Below, in pieces: positions 1 through 13,174 of a stretch of 64,000 nt of DNA. The stretch is taken from NCBI GenBank assembly GCA_964016885.1, contig OZ024741.1, positions 206,956,001-207,020,000 of the forward strand, written 5' to 3'. The position numbers and the translations under genes are program-made. The first letter of the stretch is position 1, and each line of letters begins with the position of its first letter. Under the pieces are notes generated by a model. That model saw only the letters and a program-made list of their open reading frames with translations, did no database searches and was not told the origin of the DNA. This DNA comes from Eledone cirrhosa. Lineage: Eukaryota.

Positions 1-194
1 AGAGTAATACTTAAAGAAAATTATAAAAGTGCAATAAAGTATAAAATTGTTAAAAAGTGGATTAAAGAGATTTATTGATACTGGATTTTCGCACCCTGAA
101 TAAGTTGTGTTTTAAGCACGAATTTTCATTAGTATGATTAGTGTTCTTTTATATTATTTAAATATGTAATTCCCTTACCAATATTTATTTTGTA

Positions 195-1424
195 TTGTAT
201 ATTAAATTTATTTTCCAAGACAAGTATTCTGATGAAGAGGAGGAGATGGATGCTGAGGACTTGGATTACCTACCTGAGGTACCAGAAAAAGTTACTCACT
301 TCCCAAACCAAAAAGAAGTCAATGACTTGGTCAGAGATATGGGCCTGACCAAGTCCAATGCAGAGCTATTCGTCTCCAGGATGAAGCAGTGGAACTTGCT
401 CAAGGAGGAAGTGCAGGTGACAAGTCAGAAAAGTCGACACGAACCTTTCTCAGGCTTTTACACTCTTAGGGATGGCCTCTGCTTCTGCCATGACGTGCCT
501 GGACTGTTTGACGCTACTGGGGTGCCGTTTGTGCCCAAGGAGTGGCAGCTCCAACACAAGTTTGAAGGCTGTCCTGCTCCACAATGGAAACAAGTTCCCG
601 ACACTGCCCTTAGCTCATTCAGTCTGCCTGAAGGAAGATTACTACAGTGTGAAATTCCCCTTGGAAGCTCTGCAATACAACAATTGGGAAATCATTGGAG
701 ACTTCAAGATGGTGGCTTTCCTGCTTGAACTCCAAGGAGGCTTTATCAAATTCCAATGCTTCCTCTGCCTTTGGGTCAGCAAAGCCACCTCTGACCACTA
801 CAAAAGAAAGAACTGGGAGCAGCGAACAGAATTTGTAGTTGGGACCCGGAACGTCGTGTGGGAGCCACTGGTTGATCCCAGGATTGTGCTCATGCCGCCA
901 CTGCACATGAAGTTGGGGTTGATGAAGCAGTTTGTGAAGGCTCTCAACCAAGAACCAGCCGCTTTTAAGTACCTTCTTGAGTTCTTCCCCAAGTTATCTG
1001 AGGCGAAAATCAAAGGTAGGATTTTTGTTGGACCTCAGATAAAGAAGGTGTTTGAGTCTACCGAGTTCTCCAATAAGCTCAATAGGATTGAAAGAACAAC
1101 ATGGAACTGCTTCGATGCAACTGGGCAACTACAGAGCTGAAAACTACCAGCAACTGGTGCAGGATCTGATAAAGGCTTTTGGCGCCATGGGATGTAGGAT
1201 GTCGCTTAAACTCCATATGCTGTACGCTCACCTGGAAAAATTCAAGGACAATATGGGCGCCTACTCAGAAGAACAAGGCGAACGATTCCACAAAGTTGTG
1301 AAAGAGAGAGAGCGGAGGTACCAGGGCCACTACAATGAAAAAATGATGGGGGACTATATCTGGGGCTAGTGCGGGAATGCGACCTGGACTACAACCGCAA
1401 ATCCAGGAAATTCAGTCATTTGTG
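195..1424 (+). pseudogene. Frameshifted DNA-transposon transposase, Chapaev3-like (Transib/Chapaev-related)
   Basis: Three overlapping ORFs give one protein with motifs LTKSNAELFVSRMKQWNLL, GDFKMVAFLLELQGG..KFQCFLC, PPLHMKLGLMKQFVKAL and MSLKLHMLYAHL..MGAYSEEQGERFH, which I recognise as Chapaev3-type. Probable 3' terminus GGAACAAAAAATATGTTACACGG near 1790-1812. Confidence 0.65.
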
Positions 1425-1642
1425 ACGTGTTGCTTTATAAGTGTTATTTGTTTTTATGTGTTTGCTTTTGATAAGCTTGTGTAATAAAATAAATATATAC
1501 TCTGTTGATTTAATTATATGAACTGATAAATTTTTAAAATATGTGTTTTTTCTTGAAAAATATGAAAATTTCGAAATATCAAACTCCTGACCACAAACCC
1601 AAATTTCTGATTAAATAATAGTGTTTTTTTTTTTATAATAAT

Positions 1643-1735
1643 TGTTTCTACTTTAGGCACAAGGCCAGCAATTACCCAGTGCATTACTGGTACTTTACTT
1701 TATCGACCCCACAAGGATGAAAGGCAAAGTCAACC
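1643..1735 (-). mobile_element. 5'-truncated tRNA-derived SINE inside the transposon 3' region
   Basis: Matches the 3' half of the SINE at 62324-62505; 17-bp TSD TTTTTTTTTATAATAAT at 1626-1642 and 1736-1752. Confidence 0.85.
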
Positions 1736-2104
1736 TTTTTTTTTATAATAATGGGATATAACAAACCATGAGATGACACTTAGAAGCGGGGAACAAAAAA
1801 TATGTTACACGGTTTAATCAGAATGGCTTTCTAAGAATGTTGAATGAGTTCAAAATAGTCGATTAATAATAGAATCAGTACTCATAAAACAGCATATTGG
1901 TAAAATAAACACACAGGTAATATACACACAACATAACCAAAACATGTGTCATATATATTTCATTAATTTTCAAATTTCAGTAATGAAATTGTCATCATCA
2001 CTCACATTTTTATATTATGAAATAGGCCAACAACACTTCCAGCCTCGAAGATAGGATTGTGAATATCTAGAAACGTTAATGATATATATATATATTTAAT
2101 TTAA

Positions 2105-2842
2105 TTTTTCGCTCCAACATAACTGTGTCCATATATACTGTCTATTGTGTATATCCAATGATATACGATAACGCCATCTAGCGAATTCCAGCAGAAGCAG
2201 GAGAGCGTAACTACCGAGGATCGTTTCTAACTGATGGTCGTTATCAAGTCAGTGCTCTCTGTACCCTGTTCTATACTGGAATTCAATATGGGCGAAAATA
2301 TATACACCTATGTACATGGGCTGATTAGCCTCATTTGCATATGGATCTGTCGGCCGGCTTAGTCTGAAAATAGAATTAAAGTTTTCGCTCCATCATAGCT
2401 GTATACATATAAGTAGTTTTCCACTTCTGCTTCTGCTAGAATTCGCTAGATAGCGTTCATTCAATCAGCTTTCAAAATTCATAGTTAAAGGCTTTCAAAT
2501 GTTTATTGGTAAACATATCGTATAAAATTAGATATACAAAATACATACTTATATGTATACAGCTATGCTGGAGCGAAAACTTTAATTCTATTTCCAGACA
2601 GAGCTTGTCGACAACTCAATATGCAAATGAGGCTAATCAGCCCATGTACATAGGCGTCAAAACTATATATTTTCGCCTACATTGAATTCCAGCAAAGAGC
2701 AGGGTAGAGGGAGCAATGCCTTGATAGCGATCATCAGTCAGAAATAATCGTATGTAGTTTATTCGTAAACAACCGTATATCATTAGATATAAAAAAATAC
2801 ATATATTTATATCTATACAGCTATGTTGGAGTGAAAACTTTA
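2105..2842. repeat. Diverged inverted plus partial tandem repeat (PLE pseudo-LTR-like)
   Basis: ~2220-2415 is the reverse complement of ~2546-2750 (e.g. CCTATGTACATGGGCTGATTAGCCTCATTTGCAT). The TTTTCGCTCCA motif recurs near 2106 and 2383. Confidence 0.75.
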
Positions 2843-2866
2843 AGCATACACACATACATGTATATA

Positions 2867-5179
2867 TCTATATATATAAAGGGAAGATGGACATTGTTTA
2901 GTGTACCGAACTTGCATGAAACACCGTTCATCCAATTTTCATGAAACCTCACACATATATAAAACTCAACGCGTAGAGTGGAATAGGCTACTTGAAATTT
3001 TCGAAAAATCGATAATCAGGCCCTATGACAGAATGTTTTTCGATTCCAATGAAATTTTATGTGAATTCGAACACAAGAACTCTTAGTTTACATCTGGCGC
3101 AATAAAAATAAATTTCATATGCCCATATAAGGACGTGCGTTATTGATTGGACGGCCAGCTGCAAGTCTTCCCAGCTGTCTCAGTAAACTACCGACCATTA
3201 AAGAGTTTATCTTTTCATATTCCACCTTATTCAAGTGGAAATACAGTATTATCGCTATCTAAAAAGGGAACCAAATTTAATGGTGTCTTTTGTGAACCTA
3301 AAAGCTGTGAGTAAATGTTCAAACAGTCTTAAATAATCCTGCTTTTTGAAAATAAAATTACTAAATAGTACGTTGACCAAGTTGTGTTGTACACATACAA
3401 TACAAGTAAAAAAATTTACGTCGTACCAATGTTTTCCTTTTTGAAACAAAAGATTCTAAAAAATTACTTAATTTATAATACAGTCTTTTGCACAGGAAGT
3501 GAGTAACTTTTCGGGTGTTTAAACGTAAGTTCACCAGGGTTTGTGTCTTCATTATTAGCCCACCTCTAATGGCATTTTTTGTTCTGCTTACGACTAAATG
3601 TTATGAGCGTATTTGCAATTAATTGCGCACACGTGCACACCTGCATGCAGATAGACACTGACAGCCAATAAAAAATTGATAACTTGCTTATTAATATATC
3701 GGTCAAAAAGAGAGATTGAATGTACTTTAGAACATTTTTTGAATATATTGTTCTTTTTGGCATGATATGTCAGAAATATAGCTACTATACACTTTGGTTA
3801 TTTGTTTGTAACTAAAAAACGGTTCCTTTTGGGTGGATACTTAATGAGAAAAATCCTAGGGTTTTGGACAAGTTTGTTTCAGGCGCTGTATAGACGCCTA
3901 TTTTGTCACACCTTGGTCATGAATTCGTATTCTTTTCCAATAGATATTTTCCGCTCTATAAGGCTCACCAGGATATAAGGCGTATCATTTAAAATCAGGT
4001 CCGCGCAACGGCGTGTATGGCCAACCAGAAAATGCTATCTTCTTTACTTTTAGTCTAGATCTATTACTTCTGTTAGAGCCGTGATTGATTACCATTGTAT
4101 TATTTATACATAAGGCTCACCGGAGTATAAAGCGCAGAGATGTTTTTTGATTAAATTTAATTATTTTAAGTGGAATTTATAGACGGGAAAATTCGGTAAG
4201 TTATTGTAATCATATTTCCAAACCTTCCCATTCACCAGTAACCATGCTAACGAATCTGGTGTCATCTCTCTCTGTATTTAATCTCCTCTCTCTAACCTAA
4301 CAGCTTCGTTACACATCGTTATGCCCACACGGAAACGTTCAAGACTTACCTCCAAAAAAGGTACAGCTATTGCTTTGAGACAACGAATTAGGCGTTCTCA
4401 GGTATGAGTTCATTCACAATTGATTAATCCTTTATGCAATATTCTCCCTTAATGTTAGCAAGTACAGCGTTTATCCTAACTGTCACCACTTTTAAGCAAC
4501 TACAACATTCTAATCGTAGTTATATTAAATTTATTGTCTTACATTGATTCCCTTTTGTTCATGTTAGACTTTTCTCATTTACTATTGACACTGCCATTGG
4601 CTTAGCTAACCAGTAGAATTAATTAATTTTCTCTAGGAAACACCTGCTGAGCGCGAATCTCGACTCGCTGATAGACGTCTTTCCCGGCTGGTTGAGTCAC
4701 CAACATCACGTACGACAAGGCTTGCTGATGTTCGCCTTCGTCGCCAACAAGCGCTGACGGAGGAATCACCAACATCCCGTCAGACGAGGCTTGAGGCTGT
4801 GGCAAAGGGCAATAACCCTAGATAAAGACTCGCCATTATGCCGCGGTGAAGATAAAGGCCCTTTTAATTCTTCTTCTGCACATGTGAGCGCAAAAATTGT
4901 AAAAAAAAAACCCTGAAAGTAATCGACATTTTCACCCTGCTTTAAATTAACTGAACATTCAATATCAAGCGATTTTAACTTCTGTCAGTCGTGCAGAGAA
5001 CAATTTCAACGATACACTGTGTAACTACAATTAATAAATTACACACCTGTGTCTACTAACCTATTTTTTTCCATTGAAGTTCGAAGTTTTGAACCTGTGA
5101 TGCGCGGGAAGTAACTTTCACACATTCTAACAGACCAAAGGTCGACTTACACCCGCGCAACGCCGGGTACTTTTGCTAG
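2867..5179 (+). mobile_element. Non-autonomous Helitron
   Basis: 5' TCTATATATATAAA after an A; 3' hairpin CCCGCGCAACGCCGGG followed by CTAG (5176-5179) and T. Confidence 0.7.
3941..4198. mobile_element. Degenerate pogo/Tc2-like MITE inside Helitron 1
   Basis: Imperfect TIRs TATTTTCCGCTCTATAAG and TTTATAGACGGGAAAATTCGGTA; internal TAAGGCTCACC..TATAA repeats typical of this family; ends in TA. Confidence 0.5.
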
Positions 5180-6057
5180 TATATATATAAAAGCGAGGAT
5201 GTGTGTGTGTCTGTGTACAAATTTGGATACCTAAGGCTTTTACAATTATCAACCGATTATCAACTTTTACAATTATCTGTGCACGTTGCACCTGTCGCTA
5301 AGATGGTCATATCACAAAGATTTTCAAATCGACCCACATTGAGCAATAAAAAATCGATAGCAAAATTATCGGTGGCAAAATTATTTTTTCTAAAGTGCAT
5401 GATGGAAGGGAGATAAACAACTTTATTGACAATCCTTATAAAGAGAGTGAGAGAGGGGAGATATGGAGACCTTCGTTTTCACTTTCAAAACAACAATCAT
5501 CGCCGGACGAAATTTCAGAAATATAAACATCAGATTCATTTGAAGATAAATAACTAATATTATCTTTTGTTTCTTGTTTATTCTGAATGTCGTCGTGTGT
5601 AAAACCTTCAAAGTCGTTATCGCTACTTTCATAAGCCTTGTTGATACAAAGACAATTTTTTGGGGCATTTTCAAAGTTAAAAAAACACTTGTTGTTTTAA
5701 CTTGTTTCACTATATTAAGTGTTAATTTTCGCGGTAAAGGCCTAATCTCGCAGCAGCCTCGAATTGACGAGAATCTGATGATGGTTTGTTTAATTTTAGA
5801 ACAATCCTTATGGGACTTTCCATTCAAACCATTGGGACCTACATCTTTTACGTTTTTAAAGTAATTTCGTCCACATTTGAGGCAGGCATTATCTATGCTT
5901 CCAGCTGTATTCGTACACATCAAACCTTTTTGACAATGAACGAACATACTGAACAGGATGTAGTTATTCAAAGGATTTTTTAAGTTTTGCCATTATATTT
6001 TTATTTTACTGTAACGCTTCAATTTATACATTTTGACTTTACAATTTTTCACCGAAT

Positions 6058-9000
6058 ATGCCCCGTAAAAGAAAGTATGCACATATTGGCTCTCGGACTT
6101 TGACCTCTCGGTCAAAGAAAACAATGCGTGTAAATGACGCTCCGCCGATAACCGAAAATAGACAATCACAAAATGCGGTGAGTACAGTTATTGCAATATC
6201 TTTGTGCGGCGAACCAATAATGCTAAGCAACTGCTGCAGCAGGAGCTGCAGAGACTACAGAGCAACGTGAAACACGCCCTGCTATGGATTCTACAGATAC
6301 TGCTGCAGTACAAAAATATGAAACACGCCGTGCGCGTAATGCTTCAGCTAATGTTGCAGCACGAGCAATTGAGACTGAGCAAGAACGTCAAAGTCGCCAA
6401 TTGAGAAATGCTTCAGCTACTTCTACGGCACGAGCTGTAGAGACTGTAACAAGTCGAGCTATTCGGCTGGAGGGCAACGTTCGACGTAGAGCTTTACCGC
6501 GGGTATTTCAAAGGCATCACGCTCACGAGGGTACCTTAAGGCAGTTAATTATGACCCTAATGTAAACTATCAAATCCATCCTGATATTCAAATATATGCC
6601 ATGTCAAATACTTGCCAACATTGTAAGCTAAACAGTGGGCGGGAGAATCGGCTGGAATGTGCTGCTCCAATGGTAAGGTTAATTTTCCCACACTTAGGGA
6701 ACCACCGCAACCTCTCCCTATGCTTCTGACACATCAACGTAGAATACTGTAATTCGATTAAATCTATAAAATACATTTGTAAGTACATTAATAAAGGCTC
6801 TGATGCTGCTACGTTTGGATTACTTCGGGAAAACAGCCGAGATGAAGTGGCCCAGTACCAAACTGGAAGATACATTAGCTCTAATGAAGCGTTCTGGCGG
6901 ATTTTGGGATTTTTTATACATCAACGGCATCCTGCTGTTCAAAACCTTCAAGTACACCTGGAGAACGGTCAGAGAGTATATTTTACGAATGCATCAGCTG
7001 CTCAGTTAGCACAAATACCAAATGATACTACTCTTACCGCTTTCTTTAAACTATGTCAAGAAGATCCATTTGCTAAAACCTTACTGTATCTACAAGTCCC
7101 ATCTTACTATACCTGGGACAAAAATACATGGAAGCGAAGAAAAACAGGACAGTGTGTCCAAGGTTATCCGGGCATCAAGTTCAACGCGTGCTTGAGCAGA
7201 GTTTATACTGTGCCACCAAACCAACACGAGTGCTTCCATCTTCGCATGCTACTACATGAGGTCAGAGCACCTACCTGCTTTGATGATCTCCGAACGTTAG
7301 ACGGACAAGTTCTTCCAACATACACAAAGGCATGTTTGAGGCGTGGATTGGTGGAAGATGGTTCGCAGTGGGATGCAACGATGGCGGAAGTTGCTCTTTC
7401 ACATTCACCTGCCAGCCTAAGAAATTTATTTGCGGTACTTTTGCACTCGTGCAACTTATCTGATCCTCTGTCCTTGTGGATGAAATATAGGGATGAATTA
7501 ACAGAAGACTACAGACACCAAGCACAATTGCTGCTTCCAGAAATAGAGGTCGGCTTTAGTAATGAATTATACAACAGAGCTCTCATTGATATTGAGGACA
7601 AGTTCGCTCTGATTGGAGGAAAGGTTTTATGTGACTACGGTTTACCAGAAACTCATCGCACGGACTCAAACAAACTTCCCACATATATCAAACAGGAGAC
7701 TTCTTATGACATCCATGATCTCGGCCTCTACGTCACAGACAATGAGCCAAAACTTCTAGCTTATCAGCGACTGCCTTATACCACCATTACAGTATTTCAA
7801 AGAAGAGGTGGCATATTTTTCCTCGATGCTCCAGGGGGGACAGGAAAAACTTTCGTTACTAAACTTCTTCTTGCAAAGGTTAGACAGGATAAGGACATAG
7901 CAATAGCAGTTGCGTCTTCTGGAATCGCAGCAACTTTGATCCCTGGTGGAATGACGGCACATTCAGTTTTTAAATTGCCCCTTGATTTGGCAAAATTGGA
8001 AACTCCTACTTGTCATATCACCAAAGACTCCGAAAGGGTTCATCTGCTGAGAAGTTGTCACCTTATTGTTTGGGATGAGTGCACAATGGCGCACAAAGGT
8101 GCTCTTGAGGCACTAGACAGGTCTTTGCAAGACATACGGGATTGCAGTAATGTTATGGGTGGGTGTCACCCTTCTGCTATCAGGAGACTTCAGACAGACT
8201 CTTCCTATAATACCGAAAGGAACAAGAGCAGATGCGGTAAATGCATGTCTTAAGTCTTCACCATTGTGGCGACAAGTGACATCATTAAGACTAACTACCA
8301 ACATGCGTGCAAGGTTGCATGGGGACCCTCTGTCATCAACAATTTCTGGATACATTCTTACAATAGGAGATGGTAACCTACCTCCAGATACAGATGGACA
8401 CATAGCAATTGATCACATCTGCAATGTAGTTGAAACTGTCGATGATCTCAAGGCGAGTGTATTTCCGAACTTGCATGATAACTATACGAATCTTGATTGG
8501 CTATGCGAAAGAGCCATTCTTGCACCCAAAAATATCACGGTTAGCTGAATTAACGATCAGCTTCTTCAGCTTCTTCCTGGATATCCACGGATATATAAAT
8601 CTATTGATACTGTATGTGATCCACAGGATGCGGTCAATTATCCAGTTGAATTTCTAAATTCTTTAAATCCTCCTGGTTTACCTCCTAGTACATTGGTTCA
8701 GAAAGAGGGAACGCCAGTTATTTTGCTGAGAAATATCACTCCTCCAAAACTATGCAATGGTACACGCCTTGTGGTTAAAAAACTGTCTCCACTTAGTATT
8801 GACGCTACCATTCTATCCGGATGTGGAAAAGGCGAGGATGTGATAATAACAAAAATTAGCCTGACTACATCAGGCGTGGATACTCCCTTCTCCTTTCACC
8901 GAACCCAATTTTCCCTTCGTATTGCCTTTGCGATGTCCATAAATAAGTCGCAAGGTCAAACTCTGTCCGTCACTGGAATTCACTTGGACGAACATTGCTT

Positions 9001-9112
9001 TTCGCACGGACAATTCTACGTTGCCTGCTCACGAGTTGGCAGTCGAGATAATCTCTTTGCATTTGTTCCGAAAAGAAAAACAAAGAATATCATCTATCCT
9101 GAAGTGCTTTAG
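6058..9112 (+). pseudogene. Helitron RepHel (partial Rep plus Pif1-family SF1 helicase), disrupted
   Basis: Zn-ribbon-like CQHC..CCSNGKV (~6600-6700) joins almost directly to Rep motif 3 HINVEYCNSIKSIKYICKYINKG (~6730-6800). Helicase motifs: DAPGGTGKT, VASSGIAA, WDECTM, GDFRQTLP, LCNGTRL, AMSINKSQGQT, FSHGQFYVACSRV. Frameshifts and stops present. Confidence 0.93.
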
Positions 9113-9474
9113 TGTTAACAAAAACACTTATTACAGCTCTGCCTTGACTTCACCTTACTCATTACAAAACATACCAATGAATATGTTATGCAGGATATTT
9201 TGGATTATAAGTTCAAAATTTAACCATACACAGCAAAGGATGCTCTCAAAGAATATATTTTCTCTTATTCTACTCTCATTGTTTTGTTTTTTTTGTATAC
9301 AACTCTGCTTTCACTACAACTTTCTGTACTTTAGCAAAACTGCCTGTTTTTTTTACAGATTTTCAACGTGTATTGTCTTTAATCATTTGTATAACTACAT
9401 CCTGTTCAGTGTTTTCCTTCATTATCAGCATAGTTTTATGTGTACAAAGATTGCACTAAATACTCGTTTGCATT

Positions 9475-9655
9475 GGTGGATTGGCAGTATCGGTAGAGGG
9501 TCGGACGCCATCCTTTCCAGCATAGTTACGTCCCTTTACGATCTTAGTTCAAATCCCGCCGAGGTTGACTTTGCTTTTCATCCTTACGGGTTCGATAAAA
9601 TAAAGTACCAGTAATGCACTTGGTAATTGCTGGCCTTGTGCCTAAAGTAGAAACA
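9475..9655 (+). mobile_element. Full-length tRNA-derived SINE inside Helitron 2
   Basis: Box A TGGCAGTATCGG, box B GTTCAAATCC, central CTTTTCATCCTTACGGG..GATAAAATAAAGTACCAG (Nin/Deu-like), tail GGCCTTGTGCCTAAAGTAGAAACA. Confidence 0.9.
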
Positions 9656-9777
9656 ATTATTTATTGAAGACTTCTGCTTATTTTGACAGGTTGGGGACAA
9701 ATAATTTTCTTCTTTTACTTCCTAGCTGTATATTCTTAGCATCATTTCAAACCCCAGGCAACGCCGGGTAAATCTGG

Positions 9778-9779
<2 letters not shown>

Positions 9780-9846
<67 letters not shown>

Positions 9847-9865
9847 TATATATACATACATATAC

Positions 9866-9958
<93 letters not shown>

Positions 9959-9959
9959 C

Positions 9960-10006
<47 letters not shown>

Positions 10007-10090
10007 TATATACGTACATATATATATGTATATAGACGTACAGTAGTATGTATATATATATATACATACATGCACACATATATATATGTA
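9780..10090. repeat. (TA)n microsatellite with CA variants
   Basis: Seen directly; explains the YIYIYI ORFs. Confidence 0.98.
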
Positions 10091-10620
10091 TGTATGGATT
10101 TACCGAATATTTATTATAATGCTCGATGTGTTTGTAAACAAACATCCCGAATTAAGCCGTACAGTGTTTAGCAACCATTGTTGCCCTTTTGTTTAACACT
10201 GAGAAAGGAACCATGTACTGGTTTCAAGCTTATTAGCTATCGTCAGCACCGTATACCTTCCTGCCAGATGATTGAACGTCTGAAAGTATATACTTTCCTT
10301 ATGCATATTAACGGCTGAGCAGCCTAATTTGCATATCGAGTGAGTTAATCGGCCGAGCGCACCGAAAACGATAAACGGAAAAAATGAAACGAAATTTCAT
10401 TTCTCACTCTTATATATACATACATGCACATATATATATATATGTATGTATGGATTTACCGAACATTTATTATAATGCTCGGTGTGTTTGTATACTACTG
10501 TACCTATGTATACTACTGCACGTCTGTATACATATATGTATGTACGTATACATACTTATATTTAAGTAACAGCCGTACTAAGAGTGAGAAATGAAATTTC
10601 GTTTCATTTTTTTCCGTTTA
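10090..10620 (-). repeat. ~356-bp hammerhead-bearing repeat (family F1), partial tandem plus inverted piece
   Basis: GGATTTACCG recurs at 10096 and 10452; homologous to ~16500-16890 and ~60320-60840. Confidence 0.8.
10211..10251 (-). ncRNA. Minimal type I hammerhead, partly degenerate
   Basis: Minus strand CGGTG CTGACGA TAGC TAATAA GCTT GAAA CCAG TA CATGG. Confidence 0.6.
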
Positions 10621-10636
10621 TATCTATATCTATATA

Positions 10637-10764
<128 letters not shown>

Positions 10765-10780
10765 TTATATGTTGTCATTC

Positions 10781-10838
<58 letters not shown>

Positions 10839-10999
10839 GCCGTTACCACTAAGGCAACGTTTAAGCATAATAAATGTGTATATGAAAACATATTATACAT
10901 GTATACACAATAAAAAATGGGTAGACTCGCTATTGAAGAAAAATATTTTTACTTAACCAAAACATTTTATTTTACTCTATGTACTTATGTGAATTTATT

Positions 11000-11475
11000 A
11001 CAGAATTGCCAGTATATTTTGAGAATGTCAGACAGCGTTGTTTTAAGATTTGCTAATCTTTCATTAGTGACACTCACTCAACCCGTTCTGATCTAGAAAT
11101 AGCCTAGATTCTATATAGATTATGTGGGATGATTATTTGCTGGATATGCACATTTGCCTATAGCAAAGAGAAAACATCGGTTGGAATTTTTCAGTTCATT
11201 AAGAAAAAAATATTTTTCTTAGAAGGCGACGTGACCCATATGATTATTGTATATAAACATTTGATATATGTTTATATCTGTTTTCATATACACCTCTATT
11301 ATGAACATTTCCAGCCGATGATTTCTATTTGCTATGTGCAAATGAGCATCTTCTGCAAATGATCATCACGCAAAATTCCAAGCCAGTCCGAGTTGAGTAA
11401 GTATCACTGATCATAGATTAACAAATCTTGAAACAGCGCTGTCTGATATTCTCAAAATGTACTGGCAACTCTGTG
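11000..11475. repeat. Inverted repeat with two degenerate hammerheads (11026-11072 minus; 11402-11448 plus)
   Basis: Plus TATCA CTGATCA TAGAT TAACAA ATCTT GAAA CAGCGCTG TC TGATA; minus TGTCA CTAATGA AAGAT TAGCAA ATCTT AAAA CAACGCTG TC TGACA. Confidence 0.7.
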
Positions 11476-12172
11476 ATACATTGCCAGAGGAATATAGAGA
11501 AAACTATTTTTCTTCAAAATTTAGGCTACCCATAATTTTTCTTTTATATATGTATGTATACATGTATGTAAAAATAAAAGGATAAACAACACAAACCAGT
11601 ACAATGGAGATATATATTAGTTTAACAATTGATATAGTAGGAAAAGAATGTAAACATTTCGAACGTTACTCCTTCATCAGAAGATAGAATAACAAATAGA
11701 AGAAATAGAAGGATATACAGGAGTGAGAAGAGAAAGGAATGGACAAAAACAACAACATTTGTATGTGTCTTTGTTGGGTGGAGAGCGCATGTATATTTTG
11801 CTCGCCATATTTATATATAATTATTTTATTACAAGCTGCAGTGAGTTTCAATCTGAAGATCTTTTCAAACAATGATTAATGTTGGGGCTATTTCACAAAT
11901 AGATGGGGTGAAAAGTGGAGAAGGGAGAGAGGGAGGAAATATGTTCAGAGATAATTAGTTTGAAGCTATACTGTGGCTGCTAACATGTGTTAAAAAATCA
12001 ACAGCAACAACAACAACAACAAGGTACATACCCAAATGTATTCATATATTATTACATACACAATAGCGACAACTACAACAAGCTACATTGTCATATTCCT
12101 AAATACATTCATACATACAACAACAAAAATAACGGCAACAACAACAGTAATGACAAGCACAACAACAATGTT

Positions 12173-12953
12173 GATAATTGTTTCTACGTTAGGCACAAGG
12201 CCAGCAATTTGAAAGGGAGGCGGGAAAGTCGATTAAATCGACCTCAGTATGTTACCGGTACTTTATTTTATCGACCCTGTAGGGATGAAAGGTTAAGCTA
12301 ACCTCAGCGGAATTTGAACTCAATGTTAATAATTGTTTCTACTTTTGGCACAAGGCCAGCAATTATCCCAGTGTATTACTGGTACTTTATTTTATCGACC
12401 CCGTAAGGATGAAAGGCAAAGTTAACCTCGGCGGGATTTGAACTCAGACCATAAAGGGCCGTAACTCTTTGCTGCAAAGCATGGCGTCCGACCCTCTACC
12501 GATACTGCCAATCCACCGTCCATCGAACACAATGTTAATAATGGTTTCATATATTGGGGGGGGGGGGGGAGTCGATTAAATCGACCCCATTACTTTATTT
12601 TATCGATCCAGTAAGGATGAAAGGCAAAGTTGACCTCGGCGGCATTTGAACTCAGAATGGAAAGCGCCGTAACTCTACGTGTAACTGCATGGGGTCTGAT
12701 CCTCTACCGATACTGCCAATCCACCTAGTATAGGCACAAGGCCATTAATTTGTGGGGAGGGGAAGTCGATTAAATCGACTCCAGTACGTTACTGGTACTT
12801 TATTTTATCGACCTCGTAAGGATGAAAGGCAAAGTTGACTTCAGCGGGATTTGAACTCAGGCCGTAAAGGACCGTAACTCTATGCTGCAAAGCATGGCGT
12901 CCGACCCTCTACCGATATTGCCAATCCACTGCCCTGAACTCAATGTTAATAAT
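12173..12953 (-). mobile_element. Cluster of four nested or tandem SINE copies
   Basis: Four copies of GATGAAAGG..GAACTC, separated by a recurring CAATGTTAATAAT motif. Confidence 0.9.
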
Positions 12954-13174
12954 GACAACCGAAACCACAATAACAACAAACACAATCTGGTGCTTCACAC
13001 GTATCGAGTAAGGGTAGGTGATTGACGGATAACAACATGTCTTCCAACGTGTCTTTTGGTTAACATGGAAACAAGAAACTGTAGAGAATGACAAATGGCG
13101 TTCTATGCAAGAACGTGTTAATTCCACGTTCGCATAGTGAGTGTGTATATGACATATTATGTGCGTGTGATGGG

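Larger units (their letters stand above)
5180..9777 (+). mobile_element. Helitron derived from an autonomous element, in tandem with Helitron 1
   Basis: Starts TATATATATAAAAGCG..GTGTGTGTG directly after CTAG; ends with hairpin CCCAGGCAACGCCGGG and CTGG (CTRR) at 9774-9777; contains RepHel. Confidence 0.85.

Noticed and set aside
2665-2745. Minus-strand CTGATGA..GCGAAA in the 2.1-2.8 kb inverted repeat
   Set aside because: Stem II closure and stem I cannot be formed convincingly.
11650-11685. Minus-strand CTGATGAAGGA..TTCGAAA hammerhead-like motif
   Set aside because: No stem I or stem III pairing.
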